Origin: Zootoca vivipara
Taxonomy: Eukaryota
DNA length: 64,000 nt
Direction: 5' to 3'
Assembly (NCBI RefSeq): GCF_963506605.1
Contig: NC_083279.1
Coordinates: 76,198,001 to 76,262,000 of the forward strand
Shown here: positions 12,180 to 26,436 of the stretch, piece after piece
How positions within the stretch are numbered: the first letter of the stretch is position 1
Layout of the letters: the number at the start of each line of letters is the position of its first letter
The notes under the pieces: generated by a model
What the model was told of the DNA's origin: nothing
Databases searched by the model: none
Seen by the model: only the letters and a program-made list of their open reading frames with translations
Position numbers and translations under genes: made by a program

Positions 12180-12502
12180 CAGACTCTCCAAGTGTCTCTA
12201 TTTTCCAGGGATGTCCCTGCTTTAGAGAAACCGTCCCAGTTTCTGATTTGATCCCAGAATGTCCCACTTTTCCTTAGTATGTCCCTATTTTTGTTGGAGG
12301 GTAGGGAGTTATCCTACCCCCGAGCTGTCTGAAGGCAATCCTATATAGGGGAGGTTTTTTTCAAGTGTTTAAAGTTTTATTATCTGGGAAGCTGCCCAGA
12401 GTGACTGGGGCAACCCAGTAAGATGTGTGGGGTATAAATAGTAAAATGATCATTATGGAATGAGATGTACCTATTTTCATCAGAGAAATGTTGGAGGGTA
12501 TG
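12180..12502. mobile_element. Non-autonomous DNA element (tgtccctatttt subterminal repeats)
   Basis: Closely similar to 49187-49466 and partly to 56067-56160; ends gttggagggtatg. Confidence 0.6.
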
Positions 12503-12576
12503 AGATCATACCACCTTCCATGGTTGCTATTCAACACCTCCTCCTCTATCACCACCCCTTGGTTGTTGACTTAGGC

Positions 12577-13294
12577 CAGTGATGGGCAACCTTTTGAGCT
12601 TGGTGTGTCAAAATTCGCCAAAAAAACGAGCATAACTCAGGTGGTGTGTCACTTCGAGAAAAAAACCATAATTCCGTGATATTAATAGTTTAAATTTAAA
12701 AAATGTATAATTGTAATATATAACTGTATTTAATAAACCGAAAACTAATTATTTAACCAAACCAAACCAAAAACCCCTCATTTATCACAAAGTGCCCAGA
12801 GTTGAGCTTTTTGGGGTGAGCTGCTGACCAAAGTTTTGGAGGTTTTTTTTGGGGTGGTGCAAAAGTTGCTTTGCTTTTGGGGGGGGGATACCCCAAAGCT
12901 GCTGCGCTTTTGGGGGGGAAATAAATAAATGATGAATAATATCTTTGCTGGAACTAACACGCAGCACCGACATAGTCTGCCAAAGCACCAAAAAAACCCA
13001 GCACAGAGCGGGTTAAAAATGAACGCTGTTACACCCAATCATCGTCCGCCAAAGCGCCAGAAAAAACAGCACAGAAAGGGTTAAAAAACCAATCTCTGGC
13101 TACCAGCAACAACAACAACAAGAAAGGATTCAGGTTGTAACAGTGGAGACAAGCTGTAAGAGCGGAGACAAGCCGTAGGAGGAGCGGGAGAACAAAAGGG
13201 GGAGGGGAAACAACAACAACCGCGTGAATGGGCTGATGGGGCACGTGTCAGCAGTGTCACATCTGACACGCGTGTCATAGGTTCGCCATCACTG
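12577..13294. mobile_element. Non-autonomous hAT element, OC1/hAT2-like termini
   Basis: TIRs CAGTGATGGGCAACC / GGTTCGCCATCACTG; perfect 8-bp TSD acttaggc (12569-12576 and 13295-13302); subterminal TGACAC/GTGTCA motifs. Confidence 0.9.
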
Positions 13295-13752
13295 ACTTAG
13301 GCTGTGTACACATCTCTGGCTTAAAATGCAACCAGGTTCATTCTTTTTCTCAACTTGGATTGAAGCTGGTTTGGGGCAAGACACATCAAAACACAGTCGT
13401 TTCATAAGAAGTGGCAAGATAGAGACAGGATACGTATGGATGGTGGCCAGGGTTGGCAAGTCCTGTTTTGCCTCCTGAGGCGAAACAGGAAATACCGCCC
13501 TGCTGCCACAGTTGCTGCCTCCTGCTGCTTCACTGCCACCACCAGCGACAGAGATGTGGTATCAGCACTGGCACGGGTTTCAAGTGAGATCCTGGCGCTG
13601 CTTCTCTGCTGCTTCCACGGCAAGCAGGGTGCCTACAGGGGTGCTGCCTTGGAGGCTTCCGCCTCCAGAGGCAGTGGCCTCACCCTGCCCTGATTGTAGC
13701 TGATGTTGTGTGTACACCATTTCCCCAACTAGAAGCGGGAGAGCACTGGATG

Positions 13753-13792
<40 letters not shown>

Positions 13793-13903
13793 ACAGGCCT
13801 ACCGACAGCAAGATAAACCCAGGAGTTACAAACTGAATGAGCTCTGCTGTTGCCCTTCCAACCATTTTTACTGTGTTAATAATGCCATCTATCCACATGG
13901 AGT

Positions 13904-14266
13904 GGGGTGGCGGGTGGCACTGTGGTCTAAACCACAGAGCCTAGGGCTTGCTGATCAGAAGGCTGGCGGTTCGAATCCCGGCGACGGGGTGAGATCCTGT
14001 TGCTTGGTCCCAGCTCCTGCCCACCTAGCAGTTCGAAAGCACGTCAAAGTGCAAGTAGATAAATAGGTATCGCTCCAGCGGGAAGGTAAACGGCGTTTCC
14101 GTGCACTGCTCTGGTTCGGCAGAAGCGGCTTAGTCACGCTGCCCACATGACCCAGAAGCTGTCTGCGGACAAACGCCGGCTCCCTCGGACAGTAAAGCGA
14201 GATGAGCGCCACAACCCCAGAGTCGTCCACGACTGCAGTTAACAATCAGGGGGCCCTTTACCTTTT
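13904..14266 (+). mobile_element. Sauria SINE, full length
   Basis: A and B boxes, ACCTTT tail, TSD tatccacatgga / tatgcacatgga. Confidence 0.95.
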
Positions 14267-16431
14267 TATGCACATGGAACTACTTTACAAATTATGAGGG
14301 CACAGATCTCTGCCATGAGGGGCTTAAATGTAGAAACTGACACAAGAAAGACTACAGAGGAAAGAAATGGGGGTGATAAATAGGGGAAGAATATGTGATT
14401 AGTTAAGTTAGATATATGAGTGCTTATATGAATATTTATGCTGTTAATTTTCTCATATGCAATATTAAAAACCTATGTTTATGCTGTCTGTAATGAATGT
14501 TTTCCCTTCACCCTGTTCTTTGTAAGTTGTGTGAAACTCTTTTTCTTGGTGTCTTCATGCTTGAAGGCCAAATTATTCACACTTCAGCTGAAGATGCTAG
14601 AAGCCTGCATTGACTTCCCGGTTGGGAGGAAAATTCTCTGCACATCCTTCCAAATGTGTGAGGAATCTCCCTTCAGACCTTCTTGCTCAACGCAGGAATG
14701 CTGGGAGTAGAGAGAGAAATGCTGAGGGTGCCAGTTTGTATCCTGAACCACACATATTCTTTGAATTACTGAAAAAGGTTAATTGTTTGAAGAACAGGCT
14801 ATGTTCACATAACTTATAGGAATCCATTTAGTCAGAATTCATCAAAAACAACACTAGCAAGAAAAGGGGGGGGGGAGGAGAAATGCAAATAATGAATAAT
14901 TGTTGTTGTTAAGTTATTACTTGTACCCCACCCATCCGACTGGGTTGCCCCTGGGTTATAGCAGGGGTGGGGAATCTATGGCCCTCCAGATGTCATTGGA
15001 CTACAACTTGTGTCCACTGACTGTATTGACCGTTTGGGACCTCTCTGTATCCTAAACTATCTGGAGCCAAGATGACACCTTTCCTAATACCTGCCACCCA
15101 GAGCCTTAAGATCTTCTGGAGAGTTGTTGCTCATGGTTTCACTGGTTAGTGTGATGGGCAAAGACAGAGCATTCTTAGTGGTAGTGCCCTGTTTATGGAA
15201 CTCGCAGCGAAATGAAATGGAAATCTTCCACATTAGCTATCCATGGATGATAGGTGAACACATATTTATTTGCCATGATGATGATGCTAGTTACAGTAGA
15301 GACTCAAGTGCTGCAATTTTTACAATGAATGCACAATTTTGTTTTGTATTGCACATTGCTGTTGCAAGATGTCCTGTGCTCTGATCTGGAGGAAGGCTGG
15401 GATATAAAAGCAATCTCCATTAAATCAGTAAAAAAATCCTTTCTCTTTGCGCCAGCCTGGATTGCAGGACGGTCACAGCGAACTAAAGAAATTGAACACC
15501 CTGTGCAATGCCAAGCATACCTGCTGCCACTAAACACATGTAAAAGAGAATAATATCAAATCCTCTTGCATCTCTGTAGGATTTAAGATGCCATTTAAAT
15601 TAACCAGTCGTGGAGAACGCTTGGCAGAATACTATTTCCTTCTGTCATGACAAATCAAACAGCAGCCTAAGAATAATGGCCTCTATTTTGCAGCCCACAA
15701 ATTGTGCATTAGGGACCTCTGCGTCTGCATATAGCTCACACTGGAATTCAAATGGCACTTCTCTGCCTTTAACTGTTTATAAATAACATTGCAGCCATTA
15801 GCACAGCATTCACACTGCTCGCCAGTTGTTCTAATTGATAATTGGATTGAAAGAGCAAGCTGAAACATGCTGATGCATACTGCAGCAAAGAAAGAGCAGA
15901 GCAATCTTTGTCTTCCAATCTGATCAAGAAGATGGTCTTCCTGAATACAAAAGCAGTACACAAATTGATTAGTATGATGGTTACATTTGGAATTTTAATC
16001 CAGTCATAATTACCTGGAATCTATTGTTGTAACCACTTAAATTAGCAGCTGTGTTGTTTTTCTCAATTTGGAGTGAAGCCGGTTTGGGGGAAAGCCCATC
16101 AAAATGTATTATTTCATAAGAAAAAACAGGATAGATATGGATTGTGGATTGTGGCTAACATTGTGTGTATACCACCTCCCAAACCAGCAGTGGAAGTCCA
16201 CTGGGTGGAGAGTCAGTGGAAGAGTGCAAACAGCTATAGTCTATGGACATTGTGAAGTGATATCAACCATTGAATGGGAAAATTACTGAGCATTTATTTG
16301 CCTGACCTTTCCTGTAACATAGTGGCTGCTTTCACTCACCCATTTCTGGGTAAGATTCAATCATATACTGGCAAATTTAGTATGTGCAATTAAGTGAATT
16401 TGGTTGTCTTGCAGTGCTGCACAAAAAATCT

Positions 16432-16470
<39 letters not shown>

Positions 16471-17651
16471 ACCCAAAGCAGCTTTTTGCCGTAAGGAAAG
16501 TGACAGGATATTCACTGGAGAGTGTGAGCTAAACATCATTTGATGCAACATTGTATAACCTTTGTATAACAAATAGGAATGCATGCTCAATGAGCAGTGG
16601 ACACCCTATAACCTCCATGCAAACTTTGTGAAAATACATCAATAAACAGGTCCTCCAGAATGGTCCAGCATATGTTGGAAATCTGAGAGAATCCAGTGTG
16701 AAGGTTCTCTCCTATCTACAGGAAGAAAAGTGACCCCACTTCACTTATAGGAACATAGGGAGTCACTATATACTAAGTCGAATCACTGGCCCATCTAGCT
16801 CTATATTGCCCACACAGATTGGCAGCCATTCTTCTTACACCTACCTGAAGCTGGCAGAGAACCTGGGACTTTCTGCATAGAAAGTAGCTGCTCTGCCACT
16901 GCCCTTCCCACTCTAATGTGTTCCACTCCTAGCTTTTCCCCACTACTTCTGAAGTCCATGCTTTGCATTCCAATGGGCCCTTCCTTGACTTGTAGCCAGA
17001 AAGTAGGACACACCAGCTTTTTCTACTTCGTCCTGGGCTCCAGGCTGCTGCTTGTCCTCACATCTTGTTTGTCCATCCTCCCCTTCAATCTCCAAGTGTC
17101 ATTCTATTAGCATATGCACTTGTGTAAAGTGCAGCTGTGACTAAAAGGGAAAGCCCTGATAGTTTAGGGTTAGGGAATTCAGCCGTTCCAGAATTCACAC
17201 CTCAACTTTCTACATTTCCACCCCTCTCCCAAGAGACATGGCTCCTTGTCTCCCCTCCCTTGCCTCAGAGTTCCATAACATCTGAAGGTTCTATATCTGC
17301 CCTTTGCGAAGCTGAGGTGGAAATGTCTGCTTGAGGAACCACTATCATTTCATTTCTATGACATGCTACAAGGAAGGGCAGCAGGACAGTAGGAAAGGTC
17401 CAGGTGTGTCCCTCTAGCATCATGCTTAGCTGGGGTAGGGAACCTCAGACCAACAGGGTTAAATGTAGGCCTCTCAGGACTCTCCCCCAGGATACACACC
17501 CATACCCCTCACCAGCCTTGCTTCACACCCTTAAGGGTTTTTGTCTGGCTGGAGTGTGCTCTTGAACTCTGATCAAGCTTCTGGCTTTCCTGGATGGAGA
17601 CAAGAGAGCGGTATGTACCGTAAGTGTGAATAAATTGGCCTACTTGGAAAT

Positions 17652-17812
17652 GAGCCATTGTGGCGTAATGGTTAGAGTGTTGGGCTAGGACCTAGGAGAC
17701 CAGGGTTTGAATCCCCACCCAACCACAAAGCTCACTGGATGACCTTGAGCCAGTCACCATCTCTTAGCCTAACCTACCTCACAGGATTGTTGTGAGGATG
17801 AAACCATGTATA
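17652..17812 (+). mobile_element. tRNA-derived CORE/Squam3-like SINE
   Basis: tggcgtaatggttagagtgttgg...ggtttgaatcccc...gaccttgagccagtcac...ctcacaggattgttgtgagga. Confidence 0.75.
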
Positions 17813-18989
17813 CAGAATTAAACCCTGTGGAGGGTTCTAACCATCAAAATCATGGGGAGGGGGGCCCTCACAAATTTTCTCCTAATACGGTTTTCATGTT
17901 ACCAACCAACCATTTTAATAAACCAATTTTATTACACAATCCATTGTTGTGGGGCCTCTAAAAGGCGTGGAGACCTTAGGCCAGTGCCTACTCTGCCTTT
18001 TTGGTAACCCGGCACTGATGTACACCACCTCAAGATTCTTGGAAGATTAAGGTGGTCTTTAAATGTGATAAATAAATAAATAAAACCCACATTTGCATTT
18101 CTGTTTGCTTTTGCCTCTGGCATCTTCCCCTCAGAAGGTTGCTCAGCCTTCAGCATTGGGCTGAAGAAGTTTCCCCACCCCTGGGAAGATATAGCATCTC
18201 ATGTTCATCTGAAAGCCAACAATGGCAGCAGCAAACTGAGATGTCAAAGCTAAAGGGCTTTAGAACATCCCACACTACAGCCAAAATACTGTGGCTTTCT
18301 GCCAGATGGAGTGATTTTTAAAATATTTGGCAGCTTACCCAATGTGTTTGGAGTGGACATAGCTGCTCCTTTCTCGTCCCAGCAGCTCCTGACACCCCTG
18401 CGGCAATCCGTCTCCTGGGCTGCTCTCGGTCTTCCTTGCCTCTACAGGTTAGGACATTGAAAAATGCATCATGCTATCGCCATGCTGACAGGTGTTGTAA
18501 CCAAGGCTATGCCTCCCCCACCTCAGTACACACACAGACATTGACATTGACTTTTCATCCCGGAGCATACCAGGAAGGAATGTGCTGGCTGCCTAGACAG
18601 CTGAACTCTTAGCAGTGATATCATCCTTCAGTACTGCAGAGATAAGGGAGGATTATTACACGATGGAATATTAGGGATGAACCCCTTTGGGAGAGAGGCA
18701 GAAAGGAGGAAACGCCCCAGAATTCTTAGGGGAGTTCATTTGCACAGCCATGCACCCGAGGAAAGAAGGCTGCACCTAAACTTTTATGCCATGAAATACA
18801 TAAAAAAAAAATGTCATCAGTGGCCCAATTCAGCTTAAGAACCAGGGACACTGACTAGATTTTACCTGCCCTATCTAAGGATAATAATGCCTGAAGCGAA
18901 ATACAGAGGTGGAACATCACTAATTACTTATATCATGTCTAGATTTCTGGAATGTGTTGTATGTATGGGTGCCTTTGAAAAATGTCTGG

Positions 18990-19330
18990 GAACTTTAATT
19001 GGTCCAGAATGCTGCAGCCAAGTTGTTAACTGGCACTGCTTATCTGAAGTATGCAACTCCCTTGCTGAAAACAGCTGATTCGTTTCCGAGCCCAGTTCAA
19101 AGTACTGTGGCTGACCTTTAAATCCATTTATGTTTTGGGACCTGGATAGCCTGGAATACATCCTCCCATTAGAGTCTGTCTGCTCATTAAGGTCATCAAA
19201 GGATGCCGCTGTTGTGTGTCCTATTGACCCAGTACATTTGATTGGAGTCCAGAGTCAAAGGGAAGCTCCCCCTGGCCCTTGCTTCCACCTTGTAGCTTTC
19301 CACAGTACGGCAAAACCCTTTTTATAAAGA
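18990..19330 (+). mobile_element. Decayed L2 LINE fragment
   Basis: tggtccagaatgctgcagcc (VQNAAA) and gagcccagttcaaagt, as in the other L2 copies. Confidence 0.55.
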
Positions 19331-20139
19331 GTTAGTCTTACGCGCAGTTTTTACTTTGCTTTGAGATTTTGAGATTTGCTTTGAGGTTTTTTAAAGATGG
19401 TGCTTAATTCTGACATTGTCCTTCCATTGCTATTGTATTAGTTTGTGTTGTTGTTGTTGTTGAATCAATGTGCAGGGTGCTTTACATAGCATAGTATAAG
19501 AGGGCAGGTCTCTAAAACAGAGGAAGAGGAGTGAAGGACAGGCAGGAATAAACATAGAAGCAATTCTGTGATTGTTTCAGTTATAATAGGAACACAAGAA
19601 GCTGCTAGATTGTGGCTTCTTATGCACCAGACATTGAAAGCACTTGTCTTCTCCCAAAGCATCCTGGAAACTGTGGTTTACCCCTCACAGAACTACAATT
19701 CACAGCACCAGTAGCAAACTACAGTTCCTGGGATTTTGGGGGGACATAACGTGCTTGAAATGTATAATGTGTAGCAGTGCTATTTTGGGGGGGGGAGGTG
19801 CCAGAACTCACACTAAACATCTTCATCCTCTTAGAATGGCAATGGTGCCCACCTGAGAGGTGCCAGAACTGAGTTCCGGTGAGTTCTGGATGAAAAAGGG
19901 CTCTGGTGCATAGACAGTCACTGAGTCAGACCCTTGGCTTTTTGTCAGGGGAATGAGAACACAATCCTACAATTCCAAAAGGTCCTCCGGATTTAGGAGG
20001 ATGTTGGATGGCAGGAGTGGGGCATAGGAATCACTGAAAATTGGCCTGGGCTGGATCTAGACACATCAAAAAAGTGTTTCAGGAAAACACGTTGTAAAGC
20101 TCATAATGGGAAATCACGTTGCCGAAGGATTGAACGCTA

Positions 20140-20158
20140 CAGCGCCATCTGGTGTCAC
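20140..20158 (-). promoter_or_regulatory. Candidate CTCF site
   Basis: Reverse complement GACACCAGATGGCGCTG matches the CTCF core. Confidence 0.45.
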
Positions 20159-20189
20159 AGTGTTATAACACATTTAAAACACTTTAAAT

Positions 20190-20325
20190 CAGGCACCCCC
20201 AAACCTGAACCCTCCAGATGTTTTGGACTACAATTCCCATCTTCCCTGATCACTGGTCCTGTTAGCTAGGGATCATGGGAGTTGTAGGCCAAAACATCTG
20301 GAGGGCCGCAGTTTGGGGATGCCTG
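20190..20325. mobile_element. 136-bp hAT MITE
   Basis: Perfect 8-bp TSD ctttaaat; TIRs present. Confidence 0.93.
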
Positions 20326-23300
20326 CTTTAAATAAAAAACTAATGTAGCTGAGTCCTTAAACCCTGTACTGCTGGATCAAATAAGCGAAGGGACACCACA
20401 TGGATTCAACCTGTAATTGACACAAAGAGGCAAGTTGCTATGGTTCTGTGTTTAGGTATATTAGCAAATCCATTGTATAATCTTCCTTCAAAGAGAGGGG
20501 CTAAGAACCTAGCATCTGTGAAAGAGTTCTTTTGGAGCTTCAACAGTGTAAAAACATAGACCACACAGTAAAATGTGCAAATAAAGCATGCAGAATAGTT
20601 TACCGATAGCAATGACAGGCCGCAAGCCTATGCTCATTGCTCAGCCAGCTTTGTTCATATATCCATTCCTGCTGAATGGGAAGCCTACAGTTAGTACAAT
20701 ATGGAAGATCAAAACTTAATTGGGTATAAAATTACACAATAATTAAATTGTCTGTAAATGTGGAGCATTCAAATTAAGCCTAACCAAATAATGCCTCAGA
20801 TCTAAAGTATTAGCATAATACTGGTGCCATATGGATATCATTCTCTTTTTCACATAACTGTCATTTTTCATCCTCGTCAGCTGCCCATGTTGACTTGCCA
20901 GATCAGACTTGCACCATCGCCAAACATTTCTAACAGCTGGCAGAATGTGCTGTTACACTGACGTAGGCCTGGTTAAACACCCAATAACACTCAAAATTAA
21001 GTGCACCCCTGAACAGGGCAGAAAATGAGTTATCAGAGCAGCTGTTTGGCTTTGTGTTTTGTAAATTAACTTTCGCACTGGCTTCTTGTCATTTTTTTTA
21101 AAAAAATGACCCATTATATTGCATCCTAAGTAAACAAAATAAGTTTTCCTCAGAATCCTGTTTTTAGCAAGTAACAGAAGTCTGGAGAAACCGGTGTGAA
21201 TTGTGCAAACATGGAAGCGGTAACGGGGATCACCCTTGCATAATAGTAGAATCCCAGAGCCATGCAATGAAGCTGAATGTTGGAAGGTCAGGACAAAGGA
21301 AAGCACTTCTTCAGATGGAGCACATGGAACTCGTTGCCACAAGACCCAGTGATGGCCACCACCCTGGAGACTTTAGAAGAGTATTAGGCATCTCCATGGA
21401 GAATAAGCTTATCAATGGCACTAGCCAATTTGGCTATGTTCTATCTCCAGTGTCAGAGGCAGTATGCTTCTGAATACCACTTGCTAGGAATCATGATGTG
21501 AAAACAAGATGCTGGGCTAGATGGGTCTTTGGTCTGATCCAGCAGTGCTCTGCTTGTGTTGTTATACTCTGTGCATACAAAGAGCCGTCTAAAATTTGCT
21601 TAGACTTATGAGTCCCAGCACAGCCATTCCTAACAGCATCCGTTCTCAAACCCAGCTCCCCAGTTTCTTTGGCAGAAACCTGTCCCCACCTAGATGACAC
21701 GAGAAATTAAGAGGCTATATACTGGATGGTGCAGATGGATCTAAACTTAAAAGCCTATGGAGGATATCATCACATTTTAATTGACAAATAATTTTTATTT
21801 TATTTTAGAATCTCTAGAGGGTGCTAGTTCTTTTACAACAAAAAGGTCAAAAGAGTGTTGTGGGCAGCTGGCCAGAGTAATCTAAACCCTGGCCAGACAG
21901 CAGCAAGGTTGGGCAGAGTGGCATAGCTGTCATTCATCCTGTCCAGGGGGGAAAGTGAGAAGGAAAGCCTGAACCGGGCTATGTCAGCTGGCATAGCAAT
22001 CAGCCTGGATAGAGCCTGATGCCATCAAGTGAAAGCTGTGGGGCTGGCTTGGAATCTAGTGGATCCTGGGGTAGCTCAGCCCCTGCCCCTCCCACTCCTG
22101 GAATGCCTACCGGCTGTACTTCCACCCACCTGCACATTGGATGGGTGGAATGGAAGGCTTTGTGCCAGCCAAGGCTGAGGCTGGCAGAACTGCTATGGGA
22201 TGGCCTCTACCCAGCAAGCAGATCAAGGGGCTGGATTGCACCCTTAGTCTTTAAGGTCCGGCAGCTCTCTTCTGAGAATTTTTGGAAGGAAACCTATTTC
22301 AGCTTAGATGTAAACTGAACAGCTCATAATTCGTATCAGCCATTTGAAAATTCCGCTAGGGGCTATGCTGGGGGCTCAGATATGATTATTTTGCTTTGTA
22401 CTGAAATAAAGAACATAAAAAACATAGATAAAAGCCTTGTACTGTATAACCCTACCCCTTTCGTCTCCCCATAATGTGTTTTATTACAGATGGCAATGTA
22501 CCGAGATGATAAAATCTAAAATACATCAGTAAAATAATGGGATATACACATGATTGCAGATTTATACATTTGTAGACTATTGTGTTTCATTAACATTCCT
22601 CTCTTTTGTTAGAGCTTTGGAAATGGCTCAGAGAGTAGATGAAATTAGATTTAAAAGTAGGGCAAGATGCAATTAGTCACAGACAGAGCATTAGTCAAAG
22701 TTGACAAAATGGAGTCAGCATTTGGGGTGAGCAAATCTAACTTGTGTGTGTATGGAAGTTATGCAGGAATATTTTCCTTGCCTTTAGCCCCTAACAGGAT
22801 TAGCAGATTTCTCATTTATTGTAATGCAGCATTTTACTTACTTTAAATACATTACCAAATTATTCAATTTATCATGAAGTACCTGTAGTTGACGGATATC
22901 AAAGGATATTTGATGATGAACCAGCTAGTTAAAAACCCGTGGGTCAGTCTGTCAAGCTGTTTTGCCTGCACAGCCTCTATGGGGATTGTACAAAGATAAT
23001 GCTCAAAGGATTGATGTCATGAGGATGTGTAATAGTCTATCGCGATCCTATACATGCTTGCTTGGAATGAGTTCCCTTTAATTCCACTGACTGAAAGCAT
23101 TCTATTGAAATAAATGGATGATATATTTCTGACTAAAATGGGTCAGGGACTGAAGTTAGCAGCGCAGTCCACTGAAATCAATTATCCATCATGCTTATTT
23201 GAAAGAAAATACATTTAGGAACATTTGTTTTCCCTAAAAATGTAAGATGAGGCCACATTCCATTTCCCACTACTACAGCCAACCAGGTGTACAAGCAGAA

Positions 23301-24235
23301 CAAAAATTTTCAGGGACAAATCCCTTTGACTTCTCTGGGTGTTCATGTGAAGTTAAGTGTGCAAATGATGGCCAGAGAAAGAGCTTTGGAGCATGTGTAG
23401 ACCTCAGAAACCCGTCAGAAGGAAAACATCTAGTGCAGCATATTTTCTGCTTTGTGCTACTTTATTGCTCACAAACAACAGGCAATTTGAATGAATATAT
23501 GCAACTGGAAAATGATTTTCTCTCATTTATATGGACCTTGTATATCATGGAACAATAACATCTGCACTTATGCCAGCTTGGTCTGATAGTTCCGTGGTAT
23601 GGAATTACTTCATGAATGGAAATTGGAGAGTGGATTTCTGTTCCGTAAATAACTTGCAGAGTTATAATTTGCCTGACACTTCTTGCCCTTGCATTAATCC
23701 TGAGACACTTGTTGAAGAGACAGAAGGAACACCCACCAGTAACAATGTAAAACATTCGGTGTATTTACTGAGTGTTTCCACTTGCTTGATCCTTAACACA
23801 TGCTTTTACGATGAAGTCATTAATATTGTGTAAGTGCAGAATTTATGGGGCGATTTGTACTGTGCGGGAGTCCTGACATGTTTCTGGCAAATACTTTCAG
23901 ATACCATAGACTGATGCCACTTGGGATTTTAGCTCAGGGTTATAATCAGGTTCCAGCATGAATATTTTGCATTAGAATTCAGACCTGATTGTCTGAGAGA
24001 TTGGGGAAAGGTTAACTAAACAGTGTAAACACAGAGCGTAGGGATCTGTTAATAGCAGAAGGCTCCCAGGCTGTTAAGGATTTCTAATAACATTTCCCCC
24101 CAGCTTAGTAAAGAGACAAAGGGCAGATACACATAAATTCAAGGCCCAATTAAAGCACATGATTCCCCCCAAAGAATCATGGGAACTGTAGTCTGTTAAG
24201 GGTGACTGGAATTGCAGCTCTGTGAGAGGCAAGTC

Positions 24236-24282
<47 letters not shown>

Positions 24283-25042
24283 TCCTTTAAATGTATGGAG
24301 TGCACACACACTTTCCCTTGGTCTTCCAGTCACAGATGGGGAAGGTGGAGTGCCTGGGACCAACAAAGATGCCCCATGTTGTCCTGATCCTGCACCTGAA
24401 CATTACGGTATTGCAAGAAGCAGAGCTGGCTCAATACATTTTGCTGCCTGAGGCGAAGAACAATATGGCATCCTCCCCCAAGGCACATACAGAAGCCAAC
24501 TGGACTGTTGAATCTTACTCCAATAATGGTGAAAGGCAGTGACTTTCACTGTAACTGAGGGCAGCAGGCTAGTGTAAGGGATGCTGGGAAGGCCATGTGG
24601 GACTCCTAGCTCTGTCCACTCCCTACCTCTCCGCAGCTGCCACCTGAGGCAGCTGCCTCTGCCTCATTGTAGGTCTGGTCCTGGATAGAGGAATTTTCAC
24701 GTGAGTTGTCCCATGTCTGTCTATTGCTTAAATCAGTAGCTGGTAGGATGGGTTAAAAAGTAGGACTGGCCCTTGTTTTACCATGCTTCACCATCTTTAT
24801 GCTGGCTAACCACAGAGCAGGTTTTTGTGTATCACTACAGTAAGGCTGAATTACATGAGAGTTCGTTTTTTTAATTTTTATTCTGGAATTGGAACTTCAA
24901 CTTGAAGTACGGAAAAAAAATAATCATTCACTATCATGCTGAGATTACCACCAGTAGGCATGTTACAAGTGTCTGAGGTTGCTTTGCAACCAGGGATGCT
25001 TGGTAGAAATAAAATGGGCCGGGGGAGGTGGGGGTCTGCCTG

Positions 25043-25395
25043 ATAAAGGTAAAGGGACCCCTGACCATTAGGCCCAGTCGTGACCGACTCTGGGGTTGCG
25101 AGCTCATCTCGCATTATTGGCCGAGGAGAGCCAGCGTACAGCTTCCAGGTCATGTGGCCAGCATGATAAAGCTGCTTCTGGCGAACCAGAGCAGCACACG
25201 GAAACACCGTTTACCTTCCCGCCAGAGCGGTACCTATTTACATATCTACTTGTACTTTGACATGCTTTCGAACTGCTAGGTTGGCAGGAGCTGGGACCGA
25301 GCAACGGGAATTCACTCCGTCGCGGGGATTCGAACCGCTGACCTTCTGATCGGCAAGCCCTAGGCTCAGTGGTTTAACCCACAGCGCCACCTGCA
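25043..25395 (-). mobile_element. Sauria SINE with 44-bp flanking duplication
   Basis: SINE body; direct repeat at 24999-25042 and 25396-25439 with 1 mismatch. Confidence 0.95.
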
Positions 25396-26377
25396 CTTGG
25401 TAGAAATAAAATGGGCTGGGGGAGGTGGGGGTCTGCCTGGTACTGCAATTTAAAAGAAGCAAGACATAGAAGGTGTGAGAAGTGGTCAAGCACATCACTT
25501 CTCTGCTTCCAATTGCACCTTCCCAATACTGCTTTAAAAACAAAAGCAAAAGTATTTTTAATTCTGCCTCTCCTCAACTTCAATTTGGTCTCTGAGAAAT
25601 GGACATTTAATCATCAAGCGACAGCATAAGCCACTTAGCCACTTCTTGATTTGGGTACTACTCTATATTGATGTAATCAGAAATCATCTCCAAGGTTTAC
25701 CGTTAATTAATATTATTTTTCCATGATTAACCTTCACCTACTTATAGAGATAAAAGAAATCATGAAGTAGGCTGGTGGAAACAAAATGGTCAAAATTAAA
25801 GATTATTCAGGTTATTAAATCAGACACATAAATGGCGTAAAAAGAGATTGAAATCTTGCCTAACAGTCATTTTGCCTGAGTGAAGATTTTAGAGTTTAGC
25901 TCACAATTATTATAACAAATGTGTTCATGCAAGGTACATCAAGTTGGCTCATTTAAATGGAAGGTTGTCTGCATATGAATATTTGGTTTATGAGATTATG
26001 GTCTTTACTGTAAACGTGAAAGGTCTAGCATATAATTGAGATTATGCAAAACATCATTTTAGACATTTTCTTTCATTAAGCCTTCCAGATTTCTCCTTTC
26101 ATGGGGTGAAAAGATCTTGTGCTGCTCTTCCATTAATTGATGGAAATTCTCTGCTATTCAGGAACATTATGGGCTGTATTCAGCATGGTTGCTTGCTGAA
26201 AGGAAGAGTCCCTTCTCATGAATGCTTTTGTGAAATGAAACTCCTTCCATTTGTGGGGTGAAGAAGCTAGATGCCCTACACATTGAAAAGAACTTGTTCC
26301 ATTAGCTCCCACACCCTGACTAACATTTCATGAAGAATAGTCAACAAATCCTCTTGATACTGGATCAAGAATTTTAA

Positions 26378-26436
26378 AAAGGAATCCTAAAAATCCAGAT
26401 ATGACAAATCCACATCTGGATTTTTAGGATTCCTTT
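26378..26436. repeat. Perfect 23-bp inverted repeat with 13-nt spacer
   Basis: aaaggaatcctaaaaatccagat / atctggatttttaggattccttt. Confidence 0.95.
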
